DNA of 64,000 nt, taken from Calditrichales bacterium. GTDB lineage: Bacteria > Calditrichota > Calditrichia > Calditrichales > J004. The position numbers were made by a program, and so were the translations under genes. The notes beneath the pieces were generated by a model. The model had not been told where the DNA came from. It did not search any database and worked only from the letters and a program-made list of their open reading frames with translations. The stretch is from NCBI GenBank assembly GCA_965267575.1, contig OZ254086.1, forward strand, positions 960,001 through 1,024,000, in the 5' to 3' direction. Shown piece by piece: positions 46,035 through 56,400 of the stretch (position 1 is its first letter; each line of letters begins with the position of its first letter).

Positions 46035-48345
46035 CGTTAACTCCTATTGTTGGCAATAGCGGAAACATATACTGCTCGGCGAGCGTCGGTTGGCCGTCTT
46101 CAAAATCGTAGGTGGCGAACCAGACGTTGCTGCGGTTTCCGATGTTGAAAATTTGCAGATAAGGTATCAGGCGCCAGCCGTCGAACTGCCTTTGCCAGGA
46201 GAGGCTCAGATCCAATCTTGAGTAATAAGGCAGGCGAATCTGGTTGATTTGCGTAGGCGCAAAATAGACATCGCGCACGGGCGTTCCCGGAGCACTGCCG
46301 ATAAAGTAGCCCGATCCCGGCTCGGTAAACGGCTGCCCGCTGGCATAAATAAAGTTGATGCCCAAAGACCAGCTGCTACTATCCTTGCGGAAACTCCGAC
46401 TTTCGAACAGGCGAAAAACATTATCGAGATCAACGTTGGCCACCAGGTTAACGGTGTGCCTCCTGTCGTGGCGTGGCTGGAATTGCCGTTCCTGGTTCAC
46501 ATCATCTACCCAATAATCGGTGTATGCGAGCGAGTACCCGGCCCAGCCGTTAAGCACGCCGCTATCCTTGCGCAGCAGCACTTCAAGACCGCGCGAAATA
46601 CCGTCGCCACGGTTAAGCAACGCGGCTCCGCTGGTGAAGATCGGCTCGTCGTTTTCATTGTAGCCGCTGGCTTCCAGATCCGTTAAAAAGGTTTGGTTAA
46701 AGGAATAGATATCCTTGTAATCTTTATAGAATGCCTCCACCTCCAGCTGCAAACCCTGTGGCAACTCGCGCTGCCAACCCACGATATAGTGGTTGGATTT
46801 GGAGTAGGTCCGCTCGGAATTGGTGGTGGTCCAGATATCGGCAATCAGGAAGCGTGGGATACGGTGCAAAAACTGGTGATATGCACCCGTGGCAAACTTT
46901 ACGCTTTGTTTGGTATCGACACGGTATTTGATAGAAAAGCGCGGCTCCCAGCTTACAAAATCTTTATCCGACGAAAAGTGATTGACGCGCAGACCGGCGG
47001 AAATGTCCCAAACATTCTGCGGACGCCAGGTGCTTTGCAAATAGCCGACACTATGCACCGGCGTTGTTTTTACGCGTACTTCCCGGCCCGGCCCCAGCGA
47101 TAAAAAGCGCACGTCGAAATGCTTGCGTTCAAATCCAAAATCGCTGTGCCAGGTGGTTGTATGATAAAATTCCAGGTTTCCCTTGGCAGTTAAATCGACC
47201 AGCGTATTTTCTTCGCTGGCGTCGAAGCCTTCAAAATTAAGGAATGAGGAAAAGCGGCTGCCGGTCAGCCAGAAATTGGCAAACAGACGTGAACCAAAAA
47301 GATGTGTCCATTTTATGCTGCCGGTTTCATTACCCCAGTCATACAAAAAACCCAAATCGGCGGCGACGGAATTGTTGACCTTGAAATCCAGCACGTCACG
47401 GCCGCCATAAAAACTGACATACAGGTGGTTGTTGTCATCAATATCCCAAAAGGCTTTGGCATTGCCGTCATAAAAATAGTAGTTGGGAATGTCGTCGATA
47501 AAGCGAGCGATCGTCTGGTCGAAATAGGTGCGGCGCAGTGAAGCCGAGAAAGAACCGGACTCTCCAAGTGGCATTTGCAGCGTAGTCTTGGCGGAAAGCA
47601 GGCTGATACTGGCCTTGCCCTCAAACTCCTCGCGGTTGCCATCCAGGTTGGTTACGCTGATGATTGATGAAAGACGTCCGCCCTGGTCAGCCCCAAAACC
47701 TCCCTTGGAAAGATCGACCTGCTTGATGGCATCGGTATTAAATGTGGAAAAAAGGCCGAAGGCGTGTTCGGGATTGTATACGTCGGTGCCGTCCAGCAAA
47801 TAGAGATTCTGGTCAGGCGTGCCACCGCGTATATAGAGCGCCGAGGAAAAGTCGGACAATGGCAAAATCCCCGGTAGCGTTTGCAGTGATCGCAACAGGT
47901 CGGCTTCAGCGATTTGCGGTATGCTGTTTATCTGCAGGGGCGAAAGCTTGACCTGTGAGATCTCTTTCTCATAAAGCTGCTGGGAAATGGGTATGGAATC
48001 GGCGGTGACGGTTATGGCCTCCGATTCAAACAATGCGGGCTCCAGTGCAATATTCAGTTTCTGCTCCTTCACACCGTTAATCGTTACCGTTTCGCGGTGT
48101 GAGCGGTAGCCCAAATAGGAACAGACGAGCACGTAGGTCCCGGGCGGGATATCCGGAATCACGTAATAGCCGCTTAAGTTGGTGGCCGCGCCGAGTTGCG
48201 TGTCTTCAAGGTAAATATTGGCGGCGATCAGCGCCTCACCATTGGAAGCGTCCAGCACATAGCCGCTTAAGGTGGACATCTCCTGAGCGTGCAGGGGCGA
48301 AGACAACAGCAGGCAAAAAAGCAATCTGTAAAAAAATCTTTTCAT
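46024..48345 (-). CDS. TonB-dependent receptor
   Basis: Likely start MKRFF (48345); LSGYVLDASNGEALIAANI, DLLRSLQTLPG, YIRGGTPDQNLYLLDG, KGGFGADQGGRLSS, RLPYYSRLDLS, ends GVNVEF. Confidence 0.9.
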   Translation of the reverse strand: MKRFFYRLLFCLLLSSPLHAQEMSTLSGYVLDASNGEALIAANIYLEDTQLGAATNLSGYYVIPDIPPGTYVLVCSYLGYRSHRETVTINGVKEQKLNIALEPALFESEAITVTADSIPISQQLYEKEISQVKLSPLQINSIPQIAEADLLRSLQTLPGILPLSDFSSALYIRGGTPDQNLYLLDGTDVYNPEHAFGLFSTFNTDAIKQVDLSKGGFGADQGGRLSSIISVTNLDGNREEFEGKASISLLSAKTTLQMPLGESGSFSASLRRTYFDQTIARFIDDIPNYYFYDGNAKAFWDIDDNNHLYVSFYGGRDVLDFKVNNSVAADLGFLYDWGNETGSIKWTHLFGSRLFANFWLTGSRFSSFLNFEGFDASEENTLVDLTAKGNLEFYHTTTWHSDFGFERKHFDVRFLSLGPGREVRVKTTPVHSVGYLQSTWRPQNVWDISAGLRVNHFSSDKDFVSWEPRFSIKYRVDTKQSVKFATGAYHQFLHRIPRFLIADIWTTTNSERTYSKSNHYIVGWQRELPQGLQLEVEAFYKDYKDIYSFNQTFLTDLEASGYNENDEPIFTSGAALLNRGDGISRGLEVLLRKDSGVLNGWAGYSLAYTDYWVDDVNQERQFQPRHDRRHTVNLVANVDLDNVFRLFESRSFRKDSSSWSLGINFIYASGQPFTEPGSGYFIGSAPGTPVRDVYFAPTQINQIRLPYYSRLDLSLSWQRQFDGWRLIPYLQIFNIGNRSNVWFATYDFEDGQPTLAEQYMFPLLPTIGVNVEF

Positions 48346-48452
48346 TATCCTTAACCGAATGTTTGGGCGGATAACGAAACGCACTTCATATTTGTTTCAG
48401 CGGCAAAATATATTTGCTGTTCAGGGAAATTTTAACAGGAAGGGGTTTTTCT

Positions 48453-49493
48453 TCAGGAGATATTTTTGAGTTCACGCCCTTTTTGCATCAGGCGCTCGAT
48501 GGTCTTTTCCTTGCGCTCCAGCTCTTTTCTGGCAGAAGAACCGGTTATGTCGAGGATTTCATAATCGAGGTAGGGCTTGCGTTCGATGCCGGTGAGGTCG
48601 CGCAGGTTTTTCACCAGACCGGTTACACGGTCTACCATTTCGCGTAATTTGCCCAGCCGCTTTTTGGGATCGGCGTCCTGCACCATCAGGTCCAGCGAAG
48701 TCGTAATAACCTGGATTGGCTGCGAAAACTCATGGGCGATACCGGCGGCGAGCTGCTGGATGTTCAGCAGTGCTTCCGCTTCCCGCTTCAGCTTTTCGCC
48801 GCGCAGCCGCTCGGTTACATCATGCATGATTACCAGAAGCGCCTCTTCACCTTCCCAGAGAATGTTTACCGCGCGCACTTCCGCGACCCGGTCTTTCAGG
48901 CGAATCTCTTCGATTTTGTCCGTTTGCACAGAGTATGAAAAATATTGTCCGACCAGCTCCTCACGGCTTTGCTCCAGAAAACGTTCCGCGGCGGGATTGG
49001 CATAGAGGATGGCTTCTTTTTTGTCGATGATCAGAATGCTGTCCAGGTTGTTATCGACAATCGTGCGCAGCTGCTTTTCCCGGCGGCGCAGATCCTGTTG
49101 CGTACGATGGCGTTCATATGCAAACAGCAAAACCCGTTCAATCATGGCAGCGTTCAGATCGCCTTTGTTTACATACTCCTGCGCGCCATACTGCATGGCC
49201 TTCAGGCCCATTTCAGCATTGTTATGACCGGTAAGCACCACCACCGGCAAACCCGGTACCCGTTCCATTACGCGGGACAGCGTGTCGAGATCTTCGGAAT
49301 CCGGCAGGTTGAGGTCGGTCAGGATAATGTCAGGTTCAAAGTTTTTCAGTATATCGAATGCATCGCTGAGCCGGGCAGCATGTTCCACCTTAAAGCGGGC
49401 CTGCTCAGAACGTGAAAGGTGTTTACCGATGACGCGGGCATCTATTGTGTTGTCTTCAATAAGGAGAAGATTATAGGTCTTTTGGACGGGCAT
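48453..49493 (-). CDS. REC-PAS-HisKA signalling protein lacking an HATPase domain
   Basis: LLIEDN, DIILTDLNLPD, GAQEYVNK; PAS (YANPAAE); H-box LAAGIAHEFSQP; no N/G boxes before the stop. Confidence 0.8.
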   Translation of the reverse strand: MPVQKTYNLLLIEDNTIDARVIGKHLSRSEQARFKVEHAARLSDAFDILKNFEPDIILTDLNLPDSEDLDTLSRVMERVPGLPVVVLTGHNNAEMGLKAMQYGAQEYVNKGDLNAAMIERVLLFAYERHRTQQDLRRREKQLRTIVDNNLDSILIIDKKEAILYANPAAERFLEQSREELVGQYFSYSVQTDKIEEIRLKDRVAEVRAVNILWEGEEALLVIMHDVTERLRGEKLKREAEALLNIQQLAAGIAHEFSQPIQVITTSLDLMVQDADPKKRLGKLREMVDRVTGLVKNLRDLTGIERKPYLDYEILDITGSSARKELERKEKTIERLMQKGRELKNIS

Positions 49494-49660
49494 GTATAGG
49501 CACGATCCTGTTTGTTTACTGTGTGTTGCAACGTTTTGAGATAATCGCTGTAAAGCATGCCACTGTTAATATTACGACACCTTTGTGACGGAAATTGATC
49601 GCTCTGCTGCAACTAATCTTAATTATCGGGGGGTTCGGCAAAATATTGAGCAAAGCCGCG

Positions 49661-50350
49661 TTAAACGGGCTTTAGGGCGACAAGAATTTCCCGTTTCCCC
49701 TTTGGCCCCGGCTGCTTTTGCACTTCAAATCCTGCGGCCAGCATCGTGCGGCGAACGCTGCCCTTTGCCGAATATGTAGCCAGGCGACCGCCGGGCTTCA
49801 ACACCGAATAAAGCACTCTGAAAAAGCTTTCCGTCCAAAGTTCAGGGTTGGCGGCGGGGCTGAACGCATCCTGGTAGACACCGTCAAAATGATTTTCCGG
49901 CAAGCGCGCTTTCGTGGCGTCACCCAGTAGCAATTCGAGTTTTACGGACGTGTGCTGAAAATAGTAAATACCATCCGCCGGTTTTTCTGCCAAATTCCGG
50001 CGCCATTCTAAAAAGGCTTTTGCGATTGTTTTGAAGCGGGGATGACGATGGTAGGCTAATTCCTTCAGGATTGTAGCTGCCAACAGGTTTTTTTCAAGAG
50101 AGGTAAATTCCAGCTTCGCGCCTTTTGTCAGGGCTTCTGCCGCTGTGGCCATAAAATTCAGCCCCGTGCCAAAGCCAACTTCCAGAACGTGGCAGCCGCC
50201 TTTGGCCTGCAAAATTTCCGGCACAGCACATCCCCGGACAAAAACATGCATCGTTTCCTGCAGGGCGCCGCGGCGGGAATGATAAGTCTGGTCGTACTCT
50301 TCCGAAAAGAGCGTATTAATGCCATCTTCCGTGGAAACAATCTGCGGCAT
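49661..50350 (-). CDS. mnmD: tRNA mnm5s2U34 methyltransferase (MnmC methyltransferase domain)
   Basis: TEDGINTLFSEEYDQTYHS..GALQETMHVF, VLEVGFGTGLN, YQDAFSP..NPELW, LATYSAKG, GPKGKRE. Confidence 0.88.
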   Translation of the reverse strand: MPQIVSTEDGINTLFSEEYDQTYHSRRGALQETMHVFVRGCAVPEILQAKGGCHVLEVGFGTGLNFMATAAEALTKGAKLEFTSLEKNLLAATILKELAYHRHPRFKTIAKAFLEWRRNLAEKPADGIYYFQHTSVKLELLLGDATKARLPENHFDGVYQDAFSPAANPELWTESFFRVLYSVLKPGGRLATYSAKGSVRRTMLAAGFEVQKQPGPKGKREILVALKPV

Positions 50351-50351
50351 A

Positions 50352-51308
50352 CTATTCTTTAAGGCGCAGCGTTACCGGATAGTGATCGCTGAAGCCGTTC
50401 TGGTCGTGATCGTCTCCGTCGCCAAAAGGCAGCGGCGTGGGATAGGTGCCGCCGGAGACCATGGCCGGATACATGAAAACGGAAGCCGTGTCGTCAATAA
50501 CCTTTAGCCCGGAGCGGCCAGTCAAAAGACCCTTGGAAACAAGAAACTGGTCAAACAGAAACGGACGGTTCTCATAGAAGAAAGAACCCTGTCCGTCAGC
50601 CATCAGCGGCCAGCTCATATTCAGAAAGCGCGGCGTACGCGCCAGGGTAACCTTAGGTCGCGTCGCCTCACCAAGCGCGTATTCGGTGATGCTGCGGTCA
50701 AAGGGCTGATCGTTAAAATCGCCCATGGCCATAACGCCCACATGAGACCCGTGAATATCGCGGATACGCTCGTGGAAATAGGCCAGTGTCTCGGCGGCGA
50801 TGATGCGGTAAGGCTCGCTTTCATAGACGCCCGCGGAGCGTGCCGGCCAGTGGTTGCCCAGAACCACCAGCAGATGATCGCGCTGTGTTTTGAAATTCAC
50901 CTGGAAAATATCGCGCGTGGCATAGCGCTTCTGGACAAAATGACTGAATTTCTCGTGGGCGCTTAGCCGCGTTCCGTCATAAATAAAGGCCACGTCAATG
51001 CCGCGCGGGTCGTCGCTGTCGGCATGTACAACGCGGTAATCCCTGCCGCTATCGGAGAGGCGCGTGCAGAGACGCTGCAGCACCCAGGCATTCTCCACCT
51101 CGCAAACGCCCAGCAGGTCCGGGCCGAGCCGGCCGTTCATGGCCAAAATAACGTCAGCCAGTTGATCTATTTTGCGGCTCAGCAAATCTTCTGTCCAGCC
51201 GCGCAGGGCGCTGCCCAGTGTACGCTCCAGCTTTTCGGAACGCCGTGGGGAACCGGAAACATCAAACAGGTTCTCGACGTTCCAGAAGGCGCAAAAAAGT
51301 TCCGCCAT
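50352..51308 (-). CDS. Endonuclease/exonuclease/phosphatase (EEP) family protein
   Basis: FWNVENLFD, GVCEVEN, DPRGIDVA, NHWP, MGDFND, FDQFLVS, GFSDHYPV. Confidence 0.9.
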   Translation of the reverse strand: MAELFCAFWNVENLFDVSGSPRRSEKLERTLGSALRGWTEDLLSRKIDQLADVILAMNGRLGPDLLGVCEVENAWVLQRLCTRLSDSGRDYRVVHADSDDPRGIDVAFIYDGTRLSAHEKFSHFVQKRYATRDIFQVNFKTQRDHLLVVLGNHWPARSAGVYESEPYRIIAAETLAYFHERIRDIHGSHVGVMAMGDFNDQPFDRSITEYALGEATRPKVTLARTPRFLNMSWPLMADGQGSFFYENRPFLFDQFLVSKGLLTGRSGLKVIDDTASVFMYPAMVSGGTYPTPLPFGDGDDHDQNGFSDHYPVTLRLKE

Positions 51309-51323
51309 AAGTCCGCCTTTCTT

Positions 51324-51674
51324 TTATGCACAAACCATGGGGCCCAACGGCTTGCCGCCCAAAAGGTGCATATGCAGATGATAGACTTCCTGCCCGCCAT
51401 GGTCGCGACAATTTATGATCAGGCGGTAGCCGTTTTTGGCAATGCCTTCATCGCGGGCAATTTTTGCGGCCACGGTGATCAGGTGACCCAACACGGCCTC
51501 ATCCTTTTCGGTAACGTCATCCGCCGTGGGTATCACGTAGTTGGGAACAATCAGGATATGGGTTGGCGCTTTGGGGTTGATGTCACGGAAAGCGGTCACA
51601 CGATCATCCTGATAAACGGTATCCGAAGGTATTTCTTTGCGAATGATCTTGCTAAAAAGAGTATCTTCTGCCAT
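51324..51674 (-). CDS. hinT: Histidine triad nucleotide-binding protein
   Basis: [44 protein letters not shown]. Confidence 0.93.
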   Translation of the reverse strand: MAEDTLFSKIIRKEIPSDTVYQDDRVTAFRDINPKAPTHILIVPNYVIPTADDVTEKDEAVLGHLITVAAKIARDEGIAKNGYRLIINCRDHGGQEVYHLHMHLLGGKPLGPMVCA

Positions 51675-51767
51675 AATCTGTTCCTCCTGTGATATTTGCT
51701 AATTCATAGATCAAATTATTTGTCGAAAATACGTAACGCTTTTTATGAGAGCAATGGAAGGGAAAAG

Positions 51768-52946
51768 TTGAGAAAAATTCAAATAATAGTGCTGATCGTT
51801 TTGGTTGCCGCCGTTTACGCTTTCGGCCAGAACAAGACAAACAACGACAACATCTGGGAAGCGCCGCAAAAAGACTCGCTGCTGGTGATCCTGGATGCCA
51901 TCTACAACCTGGAGTTCGAAAAATACGAAAAGAGCGCCGCCGGCTATAAAGAACGCTTCCCGGAACGTCCCGAAGGTGTTTTTGCCGAAGCCGTGGCTAT
52001 CTGGATGAAAGTGCTGTCCGATCTCTACAATCCGCAGTTTGACGATCTGTTTATGAGCAAATTGGATTCTATTATCGATGTGCTTGAAGATTATCCCGAC
52101 GAACATCAACTGGCGCCCGTAGCTAAATTTTATATAGATGCCGCCACGGGGTTCAAAGCAATCTTGCATGTGACGCGTGAAAACTGGTTTTCCGCCGCGC
52201 TGGAAGGACGCAAAGCCATCGGCGGCATAAAACAGGCACTGGATGGCAAAATCCCCAACCCCGACGCGCGCCTGGGCACCGGTCTCTACCTTTACTACGC
52301 CGACATCATGCCGCAGAGATACCCGATTCTTAAACCGCTCTTTTTATTTTACCCAGATGGCAACAAAGAAAAAGGTCTGGCCGATTTGCAATACACCGCG
52401 GAACACGGACTGTTTGCCAAGGTCGTAGCCACCTACATGTACGCGGTCATCCTCTATCTGCGCGAGAACCGTTTTTTGGAGGCAAATCACCTGCTGCGCG
52501 AGTTGACCAACCAATATCCGCAAAATCCCATTTTCATGATGTGGCAGGCCAGCGTTGCCACGCGCATAGGCCGCTTCCGCGAAGCCGAAGAGCTGCTGGA
52601 TACCTACTCGGAGCGGGTGCGGCGCAATGTGCCTTATTACTCCGAACACAAGATGCGCATCGTCAATTACCGCTACGGGTTAATCTACAGCCGCACCAAC
52701 CGTCATGAGGAGGCGCTGGGTTATCTGGAAAAAGCAATGCAGCCGCTGCCCGAACCGATGCACAGCAAACTGTTGCATTATGTGGTATATGCCGCGTTGC
52801 AGTCGGGCTATTCGCTGGAGAGGCTAAAGCGCTGGAGTGAAGCCCGGGATATGTTCCGGCGCGTGTTGGACCTGGAAGAATACCGCAACAGCCACGACAC
52901 GGCGCGCAAGCATCTTAAAAACCTGGAGAGCCATTTTTCCGGCTAG
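51768..52946 (+). CDS. Secreted tetratricopeptide-repeat protein
   Basis: Probable TTG start with signal peptide; helical TPR-like repeats (DARLGTGLYLYY, GNKEKGLADL, YRYGLIY..HEEALGYLEKA). Confidence 0.75.
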   Translation: MRKIQIIVLIVLVAAVYAFGQNKTNNDNIWEAPQKDSLLVILDAIYNLEFEKYEKSAAGYKERFPERPEGVFAEAVAIWMKVLSDLYNPQFDDLFMSKLDSIIDVLEDYPDEHQLAPVAKFYIDAATGFKAILHVTRENWFSAALEGRKAIGGIKQALDGKIPNPDARLGTGLYLYYADIMPQRYPILKPLFLFYPDGNKEKGLADLQYTAEHGLFAKVVATYMYAVILYLRENRFLEANHLLRELTNQYPQNPIFMMWQASVATRIGRFREAEELLDTYSERVRRNVPYYSEHKMRIVNYRYGLIYSRTNRHEEALGYLEKAMQPLPEPMHSKLLHYVVYAALQSGYSLERLKRWSEARDMFRRVLDLEEYRNSHDTARKHLKNLESHFSG

Positions 52947-53323
52947 TTACGCGGACGCGGCGGACGCTCTCCCCGTCCTGGACGGTTGGCACGCTGTTCT
53001 TCCAGCCACTCTTCATATTTTGCTTTTTGCTCATCATCAAGCTGCGCGCTGATACGTTCTTGCTCTTTTTGCATCGCGTCGCGCATGCGGCCCATTCTTT
53101 CGCGACGCTCGCCAGCAGCATCACGCAATTCTTCCATGGCTTTGCGCGAATCTATCATAATCACGATGATGGAATCTTTTTGAGCATCGCTGAGCTGCAA
53201 CGCTTCATCCAATCGCTCCAAGCGCTCCTGCGGATCGGGGACACGCGGCGGACCGGGCTGGCCGCAGGCTATCACAACGGAAGAAAGGATCAGGGCAGTT
53301 ACAAAAAGGTTTAGACGGGACAT
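52943..53323 (-). CDS. Small Spy/CpxP-like helical lipoprotein
   Basis: AAGGAG RBS before ATG 53323; lipobox VIAC; LQLSDAQK and LDDEQKAKY (LTxEQ-like) motifs. Confidence 0.7.
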   Translation of the reverse strand: MSRLNLFVTALILSSVVIACGQPGPPRVPDPQERLERLDEALQLSDAQKDSIIVIMIDSRKAMEELRDAAGERRERMGRMRDAMQKEQERISAQLDDEQKAKYEEWLEEQRANRPGRGERPPRPRN

Positions 53324-53464
53324 TGTTTTGCTCCTTCTCTGGTTTCTGCAGGTTTGACAGTGGCAGTTTAGGATTTCTTGCAGAATAGCTACGAAGATTG
53401 ATAATGATAAAGAGAAGGAGAAAGAATAAGATGATAAAAAAAGGGGTACATAATCCATGCACCC

Positions 53465-53504
53465 CACTTTAACACATTAACACTTTAGCACCTTAGCACG
53501 TTCA
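53465..53504. repeat. Five imperfect 8-bp tandem repeats
   Basis: CACTTTAA CACATTAA CACTTTAG CACCTTAG CACGTTCA. Confidence 0.75.
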
Positions 53505-55109
53505 CTGCCTGACCCAGCGGCCATCCGATTTGATATTGAGCGGGGTGTGTTTGCGGATGTACTCGGTGACCGCGTCGCGCAGCAGGATGCCGGTACGAGC
53601 GATATTTTGCTCCGGCACATTCTCCAGCATGGAGAGACCGGAGTTGCCCTCGGCCAGGTAGTCACTCATGGCCACAAAATATTCTTTATCGGGGTCAAGC
53701 GGCTCGCCGCCCACCATAAATTCGGTTATCTTTTCCCCATCGGGCCGCGAGGTGTCAAAAACGATTTTTCCGCCGCCGATGGCCAGGCCGGAGCGGTTGC
53801 CAGCCAGCTTATCTTCAAACAGGTCGCGCAAAAAGCTGCCCTTCATCTTGATGACAACGATGCTGTTGCCAAAGGGAAGCACGGTAAAAACATCGCGCGG
53901 TGTCAACGGGCCAATTTGCAAATCGGAGCGGATACCGCCAAAATTACTGAAACTGAAATCAGCGTCGGCCGCTTCTACGATGGCGTCGCAAACCAGGTTA
54001 TTCATCGGCGATTCACCCTGTCCGCGGGTAAGCGCTGTTTCGGTCAGGCCTATTACCTCGTCAAAGCCTTTTTCCACTTTAGCCTGGTATTCTTCAATCA
54101 TCTTGCGCACATCGGGGTCGGGCCAGAACTGGTCTTCGGTTAAAAGCAGCAGACCGTCACCGCGTCCGGGCAGCGTGTAATTAGCGATTGTTTTTGTGGC
54201 CATGTCCACCTCGATGATGGCCATACCCAGGTTGCCGCCGTTGCCGTATTCCTGGAAACAGAGCGTATGGTTGATCGGGTCGACCCACGGTTCGGGATAG
54301 CCGCGGTGGATGTGACCGCCCATCAGGATATCGATGCCCGGCACGTAGTGGGCCAGCTCCATGGCGTTGAGGTAGGACTCTTTTTGGACATTCTGGCGGT
54401 CCGCTTCAAGAAGCTCCTGGTAGCCTTCTTCCGTATCGTAAGGCAAACCCAGGTGCGTCACGCCGATCACCAGGTCGGCGCCGGCATCGCGTAATTCTTT
54501 AATAGCCTTTTCAGCCGCCGGTTTTTCGCTCTTAAAATCCAGGCCGCGGATGTGTTCTGCAAAACTCATGTTTTCGGTCGCTTCGGTGCTCAGACCAAAC
54601 AGCCCGATTTTGAGTCCGCCGCGTTCCAGCATGATCCACGGTTTGAGGTGCTCCCACACCTCGCCGGTGCTTTCATCGATGATGTTGGCCGAAAGCAGCG
54701 GGAAGTTAGCAGTCTTGACCATATCGACAAAAGCCTCTTTGCCAAGGTCGAAGTCGTGGTTGCCGGCAGCGGCAGCGTCATAGCCCACGGCGTTCATGTA
54801 ATCGATGATGGCCTGGCCTTCGCTGCGAGTCCCCAGCGGCGTGCCCTGGAAAATGTCGCCGCCATCCACCAATAGAAAAATATCACCGTTCTGCTCGGCA
54901 ATCGCGCGGTACTTGTTGATCACCGCGGCGGCTGAAGCTCCGCCACCCAGCATCGGCGGAAAATTGGGATTAAGAAAAGTGGCTTCTTTGGCCGCAATTC
55001 CCCCGTGAATATCATTGGTATAAAAAAGATAGATCTTTTTGGTCGGATTGTCCCGGGCCGTGGCCAGGGAAGCAATCACCAAAAGCGATACAAGCAAGCG
55101 CTTAAACAT
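53502..55109 (-). CDS. Periplasmic bifunctional metallophosphatase / 5'-nucleotidase
   Basis: YTNDIHG, DGGDIFQG, GNHDFD, THLG, GGHIH; C-domain ESPMNNLVCDA, NFGGIR, VLPFGN, DYLAEG. Confidence 0.92.
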   Translation of the reverse strand: MFKRLLVSLLVIASLATARDNPTKKIYLFYTNDIHGGIAAKEATFLNPNFPPMLGGGASAAAVINKYRAIAEQNGDIFLLVDGGDIFQGTPLGTRSEGQAIIDYMNAVGYDAAAAGNHDFDLGKEAFVDMVKTANFPLLSANIIDESTGEVWEHLKPWIMLERGGLKIGLFGLSTEATENMSFAEHIRGLDFKSEKPAAEKAIKELRDAGADLVIGVTHLGLPYDTEEGYQELLEADRQNVQKESYLNAMELAHYVPGIDILMGGHIHRGYPEPWVDPINHTLCFQEYGNGGNLGMAIIEVDMATKTIANYTLPGRGDGLLLLTEDQFWPDPDVRKMIEEYQAKVEKGFDEVIGLTETALTRGQGESPMNNLVCDAIVEAADADFSFSNFGGIRSDLQIGPLTPRDVFTVLPFGNSIVVIKMKGSFLRDLFEDKLAGNRSGLAIGGGKIVFDTSRPDGEKITEFMVGGEPLDPDKEYFVAMSDYLAEGNSGLSMLENVPEQNIARTGILLRDAVTEYIRKHTPLNIKSDGRWVRQ

Positions 55110-55120
55110 AATTTTGCCTG

Positions 55121-56392
55121 TTATTTAAACGTGTAACTTAAACTCACGCGGCCGAAAAACTCTGCCCAGCGCACGCGGTCGGAATCAGTGCGCGTATCCA
55201 AACCGTAAAGGGCGTCATCGTAAAGGTCGCCCTGGAAATGCTCGGTGCTGGAGAAGCCGCCGGCCACATCCAGCGTTACGGCTTCCAGGTCCAGCCCGCC
55301 GCCAACGGTGATGCGCGTGCGGGTCAGGCTGCGGTCCTGCGGCAGCGTGCCGTAATCAAACCCGACACGGAAAGGTACATCGTTAAAGAAAACATGTTCC
55401 ACGCCCACGCGGATGTTATAAGTGTCTTCAAAAACCAATGCCGGATTGCCGCTGTCCTTGAAGTCGCTCCAGAATTCATAGTAGTAATCCACCAGCAGAC
55501 GCGCCATTAAAATATTTTCAAAGCGGTAATCGACGCCGGCGCCAATACGCCCGGGATAATCCAGCTCCACATCGCCCAGAGCCTTGTCGGGCAACTGGCG
55601 GAAGCGGTAAGCGTTTTTCCAGGTCAGCGTGTAGGGCGCGCGATAGGCGGCGGCCACGGTCAGCCGTTCATTTACAAAGTATTGCCCACCGACATTTATC
55701 AGCAGCGGCGCATTATCAAGTTCGGCCTCCACCATGTAGCTGGCCTGCAAGTCATCCAACGATTGCGCCTTGACCTCAACGCGCTCTTCCTGTTCCAGGC
55801 TACCCTGGATCATGGCAACGGAGAGGCCCACTGCGAGCTGCTTAACGGGACGCGCGGCGACTGTTAGCGGTATCTGCAGCAACTGTCCGCGGCTCTCAAT
55901 AATATTATAGGCCAGCAGATTGTCTTCAAACGAAGTGCTGCGCACTTCCTCAAAATAGGTATAATCGTAATCCAGAAAAGGCTGCGCGCCGACCGATACA
56001 GTCGCGTTCAAAACACTGTCAAAAGGCAGCGTGTAGGCCACGTTGCCGTAAAAGCTGCTGTACCAGTTGTTCTGGAAATAATAAGAGCCGTAGTCGACAA
56101 AGCCGCCGAAGTTATCGTAGTAGGGAAAGCTGCGATCTTCTTCCAGGTTGTAGAGATGCATGCCGCCCTGCAGACTGAATTGGCCGTTATGATGCGCCAG
56201 CAACGCGGGATTGACATCGGCCGCCAGGAAAATATCATCCCCGGCCAGACCGGCGCCGCCCATGCCCAGAGAACGTGCCGACAGCGCCGGCATTTCCTGT
56301 CCGTAATAGATACGCTGCAGGTTCAGATCGGTGCGCTGTCCCCAGGCGATAATCGGAAGAAGCACTAATAAAATTCGCGCGAAAAGTTTCAT
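55121..56392 (-). CDS. Outer-membrane beta-barrel (FadL/PorV-like)
   Basis: SARSLGMGGAGLA..VNPALL plug-like N-terminus; ends VSLSYTFK. Confidence 0.7.
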   Translation of the reverse strand: MKLFARILLVLLPIIAWGQRTDLNLQRIYYGQEMPALSARSLGMGGAGLAGDDIFLAADVNPALLAHHNGQFSLQGGMHLYNLEEDRSFPYYDNFGGFVDYGSYYFQNNWYSSFYGNVAYTLPFDSVLNATVSVGAQPFLDYDYTYFEEVRSTSFEDNLLAYNIIESRGQLLQIPLTVAARPVKQLAVGLSVAMIQGSLEQEERVEVKAQSLDDLQASYMVEAELDNAPLLINVGGQYFVNERLTVAAAYRAPYTLTWKNAYRFRQLPDKALGDVELDYPGRIGAGVDYRFENILMARLLVDYYYEFWSDFKDSGNPALVFEDTYNIRVGVEHVFFNDVPFRVGFDYGTLPQDRSLTRTRITVGGGLDLEAVTLDVAGGFSSTEHFQGDLYDDALYGLDTRTDSDRVRWAEFFGRVSLSYTFK

Positions 56393-56400
56393 CTAATCCT

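Noticed and set aside
49548-49563. Third sigma-54-like element (minus strand TGGCATGCTTTACAGC) upstream of the REC-PAS gene
   Set aside because: Good -24 half, but the -12 GC is one base out of register and no palindromic enhancer pair was seen.
53324-53467. Upstream extension of the Spy-like ORF (174-aa version)
   Set aside because: It translates the low-complexity repeat tract; RBS and signal peptide support ATG 53323.
53465-53504. CRISPR array
   Set aside because: Repeats are 8 bp with no spacers, and there are no cas genes in the window.
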